Positions 6,447 through 14,577 of a stretch of 20,000 bases of DNA are shown piece by piece. The translations under genes and the position numbers were made by a program. The notes under the pieces are model-generated. The model saw only the letters and a list, made by a program, of their open reading frames with translations, was not told the DNA's origin and made no database searches. Position 1 is the stretch's first letter; each line of letters begins with the position of its first letter. This stretch comes from an uncultured virus (IMG/VR IMGVR_UViG_3300015360_000035) (Duplodnaviria; Heunggongvirae; Uroviricota; Caudoviricetes). The stretch is from the IMG/VR virus record IMGVR_UViG_3300015360_000035. The stretch is one strand, 5' to 3'.

Positions 6447-8672
6447 TTATTTAGCCTCGTCCCAACTATAAGCAATCAATGGGTCTGCTTTTAAGGGTAC
6501 AGATAGTTTGACTGTATTTTCCATACAAGCTTTTAAAATAGGTTTTGCTCGTTCAGCATCTTCAGCTTTAATAATACAGCTTAATTCATCGTGAACCATG
6601 GTAACAATGCATCCCTGAATTCCTGCTGCTTTAAAACCTCTATTTGTAGCTATCATAGATCTATTGACTACATGAGCAGCAACTCCTTGAATAGGAAAAT
6701 TCTTAGCTAAATTTAACATGTTCTTAAACTTCCAACGTAGTTCATCTAGTCCATTTGCTTGAGCCCATTTTCTATCTAATAGTTTAAACCCATAAGCTTT
6801 GTATAATCGTTTCGCTTCTGGCAAGTGTCTAATTCTACCAAACTTTGTTTTCATAAATCCATTTAAGCATACAAACTTATCACAATCAGACATATATTTT
6901 TTTAGTCCAGGATAAGCATCCAAATAGTCATCAATAATTTTTTGAGCTTCTTTATATTTAATTTTCATTAGTTTGGATATACGTCCTGCTTCTGCTCCAT
7001 AGACGACAGCTAATGCGACCACTTTTGCTTTCTGTCTATATTCTGGATACTTCTTCTTAACTTCATTTGCAGTACAATCTAAGTTCCAAATATTTTTAGC
7101 AATAGAACCATATAGATCTTCATTTTTAATAAATACTTGTTGTAATAGGTAATCTCCACAAGCCTCAGCAAATGCTCTAGGTTCCAATTGGCTATAATCT
7201 GCATTTAGGATTAGGTTTCCTTTACCTGCCACAAAACCTTTTTTTATCCCATTAACATATTTTAGTACTGTTTCTGACAACCCGCTATCTTCTTCTTTTA
7301 CTCTAGGAAGGTTTTGAAGATTGGGGTCTCGACTAGAGTAGCGTCCGCTATCTGTTCCAAACTGAAGCATACTTCCATAAATAACGCCATCAATATGACG
7401 TTCTAATAGACCTTCGATATAAGTTGTCTTAAGTTTAATAAGTTTTTTAAAGTCCAATAGAGTATTAATCCATTCATACTTAGATTTAATACTTTCTAAA
7501 AAATCTTCATCTACTTGAGGTTGATTACCCTCAGTAAAAGTTAAAGGCTTTTCTTTTAGTTTTTCAAAGAATAGCCATTTTAAATCATATACAGATTTTA
7601 AATTAAAGATGTAACTACTCTCATTTTCAAGATGATGCCAATACTGTTGAGTTTTAATAATTAAATCTAAATTTAAATCTTCTTCTTCTTTTAGCCAATG
7701 TAAGAAATTTCTATGCTCTTCTGTTTCAGGTTCTTGTATTTTATCAATTTCTTTTTTAGCTAAAGTTACTTTTCCATTCTTTTCTGGTAGAGTAAATCCA
7801 ATCAATGTTGCAGCATGTTTAGGAAATAAGCCTGATCGCTTTGGGGGATGTTGTTCTTTTAATAATTCAGCTACATATTGTCTAGTTAATGGAGCAAGGT
7901 CTTCTTGTGTTTTCTTTTCTAAATTCTCAATCTCTTTGGAAATATTAAAGTTTAGATCTTTAAAATACTCAACATCAATTGGAAACCCCTGAATCTTCAT
8001 AGGAATAGTTACTTCTTTATATAAAGGCATAATTTCATCAACATAAAAAAGTTTATCTAAATTTTCTAATTTAAGCTTTGGTTCAAATAGATTAAACAGC
8101 TTCATTGTGAGAATAGTATCATATGCACAATATTCGCCTAGAACCTCTAGGTCAGCTTTATACATCTCTACATTGTCTTTATTTGTCTTACCGCCATTGT
8201 CTTTAATGTTTTGATATAGTTTATCCTGAGCTTTATCTGCCCATGCACCTAAATACTTTACTGCAGTTTCTTTTAAACCATGAGGACGATCTTCATTTAG
8301 AGTATGCTTTTGTAAAATAGTATCAGCATAAATATGATCGGTAAGATTAATATTCCAATTATAGAGTAGCACAAGAATATCATAAATAATATTATGTCCT
8401 ACTAGTTTTTTAGATAGGGATTGTTTATAAATCCAATCTTTAATAGATTCTTCTTGTTCAGCTGTCCAGTATTTGGTTGTATCTTTATGCCTAATGGGAA
8501 TGTAGAAAGCTTCATTTTCTTCAAAGCATAACCCTACGCCATATAGTTTAGCTTTCTTTTCAATCACACTATCTGTTTCAGTATCGAGAGCTAGAAAACT
8601 ATAAGTATTAATATCAACATATTCCTTTAACTGATGAAACTCTTCAATAGTTTTAATAATATGATGTTCCAA
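6447..8672 (-). CDS. polA: Family A DNA polymerase with 3'-5' exonuclease domain
   Basis: Exo motifs DTET, GHNIIYD, YCAYD. Polymerase motifs TDSGRYSSRDPNLQN, A (ADYSQLEPR), B (RQKAKVVALAVVYG), NFPIQG, C (VHDE). TTG start with AAGGA SD. Confidence 0.97.
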   Translation of the reverse strand: MEHHIIKTIEEFHQLKEYVDINTYSFLALDTETDSVIEKKAKLYGVGLCFEENEAFYIPIRHKDTTKYWTAEQEESIKDWIYKQSLSKKLVGHNIIYDILVLLYNWNINLTDHIYADTILQKHTLNEDRPHGLKETAVKYLGAWADKAQDKLYQNIKDNGGKTNKDNVEMYKADLEVLGEYCAYDTILTMKLFNLFEPKLKLENLDKLFYVDEIMPLYKEVTIPMKIQGFPIDVEYFKDLNFNISKEIENLEKKTQEDLAPLTRQYVAELLKEQHPPKRSGLFPKHAATLIGFTLPEKNGKVTLAKKEIDKIQEPETEEHRNFLHWLKEEEDLNLDLIIKTQQYWHHLENESSYIFNLKSVYDLKWLFFEKLKEKPLTFTEGNQPQVDEDFLESIKSKYEWINTLLDFKKLIKLKTTYIEGLLERHIDGVIYGSMLQFGTDSGRYSSRDPNLQNLPRVKEEDSGLSETVLKYVNGIKKGFVAGKGNLILNADYSQLEPRAFAEACGDYLLQQVFIKNEDLYGSIAKNIWNLDCTANEVKKKYPEYRQKAKVVALAVVYGAEAGRISKLMKIKYKEAQKIIDDYLDAYPGLKKYMSDCDKFVCLNGFMKTKFGRIRHLPEAKRLYKAYGFKLLDRKWAQANGLDELRWKFKNMLNLAKNFPIQGVAAHVVNRSMIATNRGFKAAGIQGCIVTMVHDELSCIIKAEDAERAKPILKACMENTVKLSVPLKADPLIAYSWDEAK

Positions 8673-8681
8673 GAGCTTCCT

Positions 8682-9587
8682 TTATTCTAGTTCTTCTAAC
8701 CTTTTAAGTACTGCTTCAGTTTGAGCGATTACGTCCCTTTTGTCAACAAAATAGGATATTGATTCAAGTAGCTTTCCCATTGCATCTGCTGTAGTCCAAA
8801 GTACTCCCATTGTAATCAATCCTTGAAAGAATGAAGGAGCAAGTAGTGCAAAAGGTAGAATAGCTGATATTTGACCAAACCCGCTTTGAAAGAAGCCTAG
8901 AACCTTATTTCTATAGGCCAAGTGTAACCAATTGAGTTTAACTTGCTCAAGGGATGGAATTTCTGTGTCACTCTTGACAAAGGTGATTAATTCTCGATTT
9001 AGATCCCCTTCCCGGCTCTGCTGTTCGTAGTCTAGCTTCACCAAAGGGTTGGCTAGGTACTTAGCTAATAAAGACCCTACAATCGAGTATACAAGGGAGA
9101 ATAGAGCGGTTTTAAAGCCTGCCACGCTTACTAGGATGTATAGGAAAATAGGGAACTGGATTAAGGATGTAACTAGTCCTACAAGTAGGTTAATAGATAG
9201 TTGTGAGATTTGGATAGTGTCCCAAAGCAGACGCTGCTCAGGCACTGTACAATGAATAGTCTCTCTATTCGTCTTAAAATGAAGAGTGAAATGGTTATAA
9301 AGCAGTTCTCGCCAATGAAACTCTGTTTTTCTAGACCAGAAGCTGCTATAGCCTTTAAGAATAACTCCAGTCATTGCCAAGCCTGTAAAGATAAGCATAG
9401 CATTAATCCATTGTTGAAAGTTGTTCTTTTGGAAGGAGTCAATGAAATAGGTTCTCCAGTAAGTAATACCTGCTCCAAGGAGTACCGTAATAATAGTTGC
9501 ACCAAGAACTAAGGAGATTAACTTTTTAGTTTCTTTTGTTTGCCATACTGGTTTTAATAATTTAAGTAGTCGTTTTAAAAAATTCAT
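8682..9587 (-). CDS. SbmA/BacA-like (ABC_membrane_2 type) transporter membrane domain, no ATPase domain
   Basis: Multiple TM helices. WRELL, PEQRLLWD (cf. NPDQRIxED), QQSREGD, and GFGQISAILPFALLAPSFFQGLITMG are typical of SbmA/BacA/YddA membrane domains. Confidence 0.8.
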   Translation of the reverse strand: MNFLKRLLKLLKPVWQTKETKKLISLVLGATIITVLLGAGITYWRTYFIDSFQKNNFQQWINAMLIFTGLAMTGVILKGYSSFWSRKTEFHWRELLYNHFTLHFKTNRETIHCTVPEQRLLWDTIQISQLSINLLVGLVTSLIQFPIFLYILVSVAGFKTALFSLVYSIVGSLLAKYLANPLVKLDYEQQSREGDLNRELITFVKSDTEIPSLEQVKLNWLHLAYRNKVLGFFQSGFGQISAILPFALLAPSFFQGLITMGVLWTTADAMGKLLESISYFVDKRDVIAQTEAVLKRLEELE

Positions 9588-9814
9588 TCTAACACCTTTT
9601 CGAGCTCTTTATTGAAATCTATGATCTTTTGGTCATCAGGATGTATTCTATAATTAGAACCAGTACAATGCTTTATTAAATAAGATAATGAAAGTCGTAT
9701 ATTATTATGGAACAGTACTGTTTTTTTATCAATCTTTTTATACCATCTTAAATCAGTATTTGGTCTAGATGCCGTAATTCTATAACCAGTATCTAATGCT
9801 TCTTTGAATGTCAT
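9584..9814 (-). CDS. Small hypothetical protein, MTFKEALDTG family copy 2
   Basis: MTFKEALDTGYRI...WYKKID...IHPDDQKIIDFNKELEKVLE. Confidence 0.85.
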   Translation of the reverse strand: MTFKEALDTGYRITASRPNTDLRWYKKIDKKTVLFHNNIRLSLSYLIKHCTGSNYRIHPDDQKIIDFNKELEKVLE

Positions 9815-10170
9815 ATTAAACCTGAAAAATTATGATTATAGATTCTATCAACCCATTTTAAAAATACTTCTTGAGTTAATTGATGCTTTGCTTGATTACA
9901 AATAAAACATGCTGTTACGCAATTAGAGGTTTCATAACCTAAATCATTATTAACTCTATCGATACCATTACAAAGTATTTGTTCTGGTTTATGCATACTA
10001 TTATTTTGTCTAATATTTTGAGGTTTAGTTCCACAATAATGACAAGAGTTAAAAATTAACTGTTTAAATTCTTCTTTGTCTAAAGAATATCCAATATTAC
10101 GTTTTTTGGCACTTTGTTTAATGACTGTTAATTTACCAAATTTCTGATTAATAAGATCAATTTTTTTCAT
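9811..10170 (-). CDS. HNH-type homing endonuclease, apparently internally deleted
   Basis: IDLINQKFGKLTVI N-terminus runs directly into SAKKR...CHYCG...NGIDRVNNDLGYETSNCVTACFICNQAK. Start MKKIDL at 10170, just after the helicase stop. Confidence 0.8.
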   Translation of the reverse strand: MKKIDLINQKFGKLTVIKQSAKKRNIGYSLDKEEFKQLIFNSCHYCGTKPQNIRQNNSMHKPEQILCNGIDRVNNDLGYETSNCVTACFICNQAKHQLTQEVFLKWVDRIYNHNFSGLI

Positions 10171-10171
10171 A

Positions 10172-12109
10172 TTAATGATTAAAGCCTGTTCCAAGTCCTG
10201 CTTTATCTTGTTTTTTTCTATCTCTTAGTTGAGCAAGTTCATCTCTTTCATAATCATCTAATTCAGTTACTAATCCTTTTAACCCGTTCCATTTAAAATC
10301 ATATTTCCATAAACTATTAAAACGATCTTTAACTGTGGCCATACTAATATATTTATCCATATCAGCATACTTAGCACTATAACCTTCGCGCCACAAAGTT
10401 AAAATTACAGAAGCCGCCTGTTCTATAACAGAAGATCCCTTAATATTCTTCATTGATAACAAGGGTTCATCTGGCGCAGCAGCATGTTTTTGTGTTTGTA
10501 ATAATAAAAGAACGCAAGTTTCAGTTTCATTGGCTAAATCTTTTAATTGATTAGCGATGATTGCTGTATTTGCTGTACTGTCACTATAAGGACCAGAAAT
10601 ACATTCCAAATAATCAACAACTACCAGTTTAATTTTTTGTCCTGTTTTTTCTTGATGCTTAATAATACTTTCTTTCATTTCTTCAACATTCAATCCAGAC
10701 TTAAATGAAAACTTAACATTTTTATAATTATCTTCAATAATTTTATTAATTTCTTCAATTTCAGGATCTTGTCTTTTATACATATCAAAAATCTTATCGT
10801 GAGTATATCCTTTATGCTTTTGAGCCAACTTAAGATAAACCAATGGGATGCCCATGTCCATTGAAAAGAAAACACTAGGAATGTTATTCTTTGAACAGTT
10901 ATTTAGGATATTTAAAGAGAGGCTGGTTTTACCTGAACCGGGATTGCCTAATAATCCAACTAATGTAGAAGTTACCAAAGTAACATTATTATCTAATTCC
11001 GGAATTCCTGTTTTAATCTTATTTTTATCAATCTCTGTTGCAAATTTATTGAAAACTTGAGATAGTTCTCCAAATTCAGTAAATATTTTTTCATCATCAT
11101 GTTTACATTTATGAGGACCAAGTTCATTACAGACATGAGTTAGCCAAACAGACTTACCATCCTTACAACTAAAAGTTCCACCCTGCCAATTATCAGAGTA
11201 CACACTTTCCACTTCTCGCCAAATCTCTTCCTTGGGAAGCTCTGAGCCTCCATTCCGTTGCACAGATAGCTTAGAAGCACTCTTTGCCATGTAGTATGCT
11301 GTATCTTTAGGGTAGTTCAGGTTCTTGCAGGTAGCAATGATAGCTAACACTGGATAATGACGTTCCCCTTCTCGAAAGTTACCATTAAGCAATGACCATT
11401 TACAATTGCTCCAACCCTTGGCTTTCTTTGTAAAATCAATGTCATCTACTTGTTCTTTTTTAGGAACAATGACAGTAACTTCCTGAGACTTCGTATAAAG
11501 ATCCTTAGGTAAAGTCACAACATTCCATCTAAACTCTTCATTTAAGGCTGGATAACTTTTTGCTAAATTCATTAAACTATCGGTAGATAATTCTTTAATC
11601 TGACTGTAGGTTAAAGGAGTTTTATATAGCTTAGTCTTATTGTGCTTTGTAGCAATGATTCTGAAAATTCTAGCAGCATTGTACATTTTATTATCTAAAT
11701 GCTTAAGATCTTTAGCTACTTCAAATGCAATATTTTTAACTTCTTTTGGACTTAGCAAAGTATTTACTTTAACTTCAACAGCAAATCCTTTATTCCCAGA
11801 GAAAGCAATGCTAATATCTTCCTTAGCAATTCCATAGTTAAGAAGTCGTTCTACTAATGAGATTGTACTCTTTTTAGCTTCTTCAGGTTCAAATTCACTA
11901 TCAAAGTCCCACCAAATCTTATCAGACACAACATCTGTTATTCCAGAAACAGTGCCGGTGTTTAAGAACACCTGTTTTTGTTCTTCTGTATATAAAAAGG
12001 TACTTAAGTAATAGTCTTTAGATTCATCCTTAATATGAGTATAAACATCATCAGTTGCTAAAATTAATTTACCCTTGTTCTCTAAACCTTCACATAATCT
12101 TCTATACAT
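10172..12109 (-). CDS. Primase-helicase fusion (AEP-like N-terminus, SF4/DnaB-like C-terminus)
   Basis: AEP motifs WWDFD, FSGNKGF, D..MYNAARIFR. Central GERH and Cys-containing domain. Helicase Walker A GNPGSGKTS, FFSMDM, Walker B VVVDYL, LLQ. Confidence 0.9.
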   Translation of the reverse strand: MYRRLCEGLENKGKLILATDDVYTHIKDESKDYYLSTFLYTEEQKQVFLNTGTVSGITDVVSDKIWWDFDSEFEPEEAKKSTISLVERLLNYGIAKEDISIAFSGNKGFAVEVKVNTLLSPKEVKNIAFEVAKDLKHLDNKMYNAARIFRIIATKHNKTKLYKTPLTYSQIKELSTDSLMNLAKSYPALNEEFRWNVVTLPKDLYTKSQEVTVIVPKKEQVDDIDFTKKAKGWSNCKWSLLNGNFREGERHYPVLAIIATCKNLNYPKDTAYYMAKSASKLSVQRNGGSELPKEEIWREVESVYSDNWQGGTFSCKDGKSVWLTHVCNELGPHKCKHDDEKIFTEFGELSQVFNKFATEIDKNKIKTGIPELDNNVTLVTSTLVGLLGNPGSGKTSLSLNILNNCSKNNIPSVFFSMDMGIPLVYLKLAQKHKGYTHDKIFDMYKRQDPEIEEINKIIEDNYKNVKFSFKSGLNVEEMKESIIKHQEKTGQKIKLVVVDYLECISGPYSDSTANTAIIANQLKDLANETETCVLLLLQTQKHAAAPDEPLLSMKNIKGSSVIEQAASVILTLWREGYSAKYADMDKYISMATVKDRFNSLWKYDFKWNGLKGLVTELDDYERDELAQLRDRKKQDKAGLGTGFNH

Positions 12110-12131
12110 TGTTGTTTCCTTTTCTTTTATT

Positions 12132-12160
12132 AAACTAGCATCTATTTAATGACTAATCAA
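12132..12160 (-). promoter_or_regulatory. Putative sigma70 promoter for the primase-helicase
   Basis: TTGATT (12160-12155), N17 ending in TGc, TAGTTT (12137-12132), then AAAGGA SD. Confidence 0.5.
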
Positions 12161-12392
12161 GCAGTTTATTTAGTTCTTTATTAAAATCATAGAGCTTTTG
12201 ATCTTCTGGATGTATTGTATATCCTTCTCCAGTGTAAGGAGTTCCAGTTTTTATTATTTCTAGTATACCCTCACTACTAAGAAATTGATTCTCATTAATT
12301 TTTTTATACCACCAATGTTTTCCCTGTTCGGTATTTTTCCAATATTTAGATTGTATTCTTAATCCAGTATCCAACGCTTCTTTAAATGTCAT
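12153..12392 (-). CDS. Small hypothetical protein, MTFKEALDTG family copy 3
   Basis: MTFKEALDTGLRIQSKYW...WWYKKIN...IHPEDQKLYDFNKELNKLLD. Confidence 0.85.
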   Translation of the reverse strand: MTFKEALDTGLRIQSKYWKNTEQGKHWWYKKINENQFLSSEGILEIIKTGTPYTGEGYTIHPEDQKLYDFNKELNKLLD

Positions 12393-12586
12393 TTGAATAT
12401 CTCACTTACAAGAATAACATTCCGTAAATAGGTTTTATCATAGGATCTTATTTTATTATCTTTAGTCCAAAGGATAGTAATAACATCATTATGAACCTTA
12501 ATGATCAAGCCTAAACCATAATATGCTCGTCTTTGTTCATCTCTAGGCGAAATTATATTATATTCAAAGGATTTCTTAGGTTTCAC
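12389..12586 (-). CDS. Small hypothetical protein, possibly SH3-like
   Basis: GLGLIIKV...ITILW pattern. The track start at 12640 lies at a terminator hairpin; GTG at 12586 has an AAAGGA SD. Confidence 0.55.
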   Translation of the reverse strand: MKPKKSFEYNIISPRDEQRRAYYGLGLIIKVHNDVITILWTKDNKIRSYDKTYLRNVILVSEIFK

Positions 12587-12600
12587 AATGTCCTTTACAA

Positions 12601-12638
12601 ATAAAAAAGGACCTATGCTAAGGGAATAACATAGGTCC
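12601..12638 (-). terminator. Rho-independent terminator
   Basis: Minus strand GGACCTATG, 12-nt loop, CATAGGTCC, then TTTTTTAT. Confidence 0.75.
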
Positions 12639-12673
12639 ATGGGGGTCTGCTGCTAAGTTAAAGGAAGTAATCC

Positions 12674-13009
12674 TTAGCCGCTTCGGGGTAGAGTGAGTTG
12701 AAATCTCAATTTTGAAGATAGTTTCTTAAGTTGTTCTCTTTTTAGATCGGCTTGTTCTTCAGAAATTTTTCCTTTAGATAAAAGTTCTTCCACTTCTACT
12801 CTAGGATCAACAAGGCCAATAAAACCTTCTGTTTTTCTAGCAATAACTCTTCCTGAAACGTCACGCACAATAACTTCTACGGTATTTTTATATCTTTCGT
12901 CTTTACTTCCGTTACCTAGTCCGATACAGTAACGTTCTCCACCTGTTTCATCTTTAACCAAAAATACACTTCCAATAGTAACCCGTTTACTTACTTTTTC
13001 TTCACTCAT
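12674..13009 (-). CDS. Hypothetical protein
   Basis: Start MSEEKVS at 13009 with AAGGAG SD. Beta-rich N-terminal half; function not recognised. Confidence 0.7.
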   Translation of the reverse strand: MSEEKVSKRVTIGSVFLVKDETGGERYCIGLGNGSKDERYKNTVEVIVRDVSGRVIARKTEGFIGLVDPRVEVEELLSKGKISEEQADLKREQLKKLSSKLRFQLTLPRSG

Positions 13010-13400
13010 TACTTTCTCCTTTTTCTTTCTCGCCTTCTGGCGCAATTTCTCTAGATAACACTGGTTGTAATATTTTAATCTTACCGCCCTTTTCAAGACC
13101 TTGCAACATTAAAATAAACTTTGCATAATTTAATTCAACAAACACATCAAACAATACCTTCTGTTCTGGATAGGACCAAACAAACTCTTCTTCTGTGAAC
13201 GGAGAAATAGCTGCATTGAGCCAAGTTTGTTGTAGTTGTTTCTTAGAACCAGTATAAGAAGTAACCATGTCTCCGAATCGTTTGAAGTTCTTTGTGAGCA
13301 CCATGTAGGCTAGTTGTTCTTCTGATAGAGGCACTGGTGCAACTGGTGCTTCAGCTACTATACTTTCTAATGTTACTGTTTGTCCTAATTCTTCACTCAT
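13002..13400 (-). CDS. Hypothetical protein
   Basis: Start MSEELGQ at 13400 with GGAG SD and ATGA overlap with the upstream ORF. Confidence 0.75.
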   Translation of the reverse strand: MSEELGQTVTLESIVAEAPVAPVPLSEEQLAYMVLTKNFKRFGDMVTSYTGSKKQLQQTWLNAAISPFTEEEFVWSYPEQKVLFDVFVELNYAKFILMLQGLEKGGKIKILQPVLSREIAPEGEKEKGESNE

Positions 13401-13624
13401 ACATTCTCCCATGTGGCCGTATAAAATACTGTACCACCTCTATGATCAACTATGCAAGCTAAATTATAATTTTCTTTTCTTAACTCTTCTGCCACTTCAT
13501 AAAAGATTTTCTCAGAATATTCATCAATAGGAAAAATATCAGTTTTAGCTATAGTTTTATTATTATCTAAAGCTTCATTAATTCTAAGTTTAATAGAATT
13601 TAATATAAAATCACTATCTAACAT
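13397..13624 (-). CDS. Hypothetical protein, paralog of 13628-13933
   Basis: FPIDEYSEKIFYEVAEELRKENYNL...ATW aligns with the neighbouring ORF. Confidence 0.8.
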   Translation of the reverse strand: MLDSDFILNSIKLRINEALDNNKTIAKTDIFPIDEYSEKIFYEVAEELRKENYNLACIVDHRGGTVFYTATWENV

Positions 13625-13627
13625 GTA

Positions 13628-13933
13628 TTACCAAGTAACCACAAAAGTAGTTGTATTATAAAGATTATGTTTATCCATAGACAAATTATAACCTTCTTCT
13701 CTTAGTTCTTCTGCTACAGCTCGTATTACTTCATCAGAGAATCGATCAGAAGGAAATTTAATCTTATCAGTAGATAAGTGACCTTTATTGACGGATTCTT
13801 CAACTTTCTTTCTGAAATGATCAAGAAGAAGAGTAGTGTCGACATGTTTTGCCTTACTAACTCGTATTTCAATATTATCTTTCATTCTTTCTTTATTGGC
13901 TAATGCCTTTTCTTTTGCTTCTTTGGCGTCCAT
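13628..13933 (-). CDS. Hypothetical protein, paralog of 13397-13624
   Basis: FPSDRFSDEVIRAVAEELREEGYNL...VTW. SD AGGAG. Confidence 0.8.
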   Translation of the reverse strand: MDAKEAKEKALANKERMKDNIEIRVSKAKHVDTTLLLDHFRKKVEESVNKGHLSTDKIKFPSDRFSDEVIRAVAEELREEGYNLSMDKHNLYNTTTFVVTW

Positions 13934-13941
13934 ATATACTC

Positions 13942-14508
13942 CTATACTGTTCCATTAGATTTAAATCGACCAAAACCACCAGAAGAAGGTTTAACTACTA
14001 AAGGTGACACAATGCTTACTGTTCCTAAACTAATGTTAGGACTAATTTGTGGAGATGATACAGCAGTAATTGAACTTTCCCCAACAATAGTTACTGATTC
14101 TGTTTTTTTAGCTGGCCGACTCATTGTTTTTTCACCGTCGTCGTCTTCGGCGGGTATTGACAACAATGATTGTAAACTATAACGTCTAGCATAACTAATA
14201 GAGCTTCCTAATGCTTGCATATCAACTTTAGTTACTTCTAGCTTGAGAGGCTCAGAAGCAATAAATTCTCCTGATTCGTGCATAAGAATGCTTTCAACAT
14301 AATGAACACCATCCTTACTATAAGTAGGTTGAAGTAAAGAAATACCTTCTTCATTAAGAGGTTCTTTAACTACTTCCATAACAGATCCTAAGTCGGCATA
14401 TCGAGATTTAAAGTAAGGGTTTACTGAACCTTTTGAAGCTGATCCCATCTTTCGTTGGGCTTTTAAAAGTGCTGCTGCAATCTTTGTAATTGATTCACTA
14501 GTTCTCAT
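13942..14508 (-). CDS. erf: ERF-family single-strand DNA annealing protein
   Basis: SESITKIAAALLKAQ, NPYFKSRYADL, HESGEFI, GSSISYARRYSL...EDDDG. Start is ATG 14508 or GTG 14517. Confidence 0.92.
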   Translation of the reverse strand: MRTSESITKIAAALLKAQRKMGSASKGSVNPYFKSRYADLGSVMEVVKEPLNEEGISLLQPTYSKDGVHYVESILMHESGEFIASEPLKLEVTKVDMQALGSSISYARRYSLQSLLSIPAEDDDGEKTMSRPAKKTESVTIVGESSITAVSSPQISPNISLGTVSIVSPLVVKPSSGGFGRFKSNGTV

Positions 14509-14577
14509 ATTATTCACTCTCTTCTTCAGTTTTTACTGATTTTTTAGTTACTAACTTAGATCTTCATTATCTTTCCT

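Noticed and set aside
9049..9512. Plus-strand ORFs 9049-9255 and 9210-9512
   Set aside because: Antisense to the SbmA-like gene.
10690..11837. ORFs 10690-10875 (-), 10848-11060 (+) and 11640-11837 (+)
   Set aside because: Nested within the primase-helicase in alternative frames or antisense.
6447..12109. Introns or inteins in the polymerase or helicase
   Set aside because: Both ORFs are continuous with normal motif spacing and no intein splice motifs noticed.
32..12392. Diversity-generating retroelement or integron as the source of the MTFKE family
   Set aside because: No reverse transcriptase or integrase in the window, no near-identical template/variable repeat pair with adenine-specific changes, and no attC-like hairpins seen.
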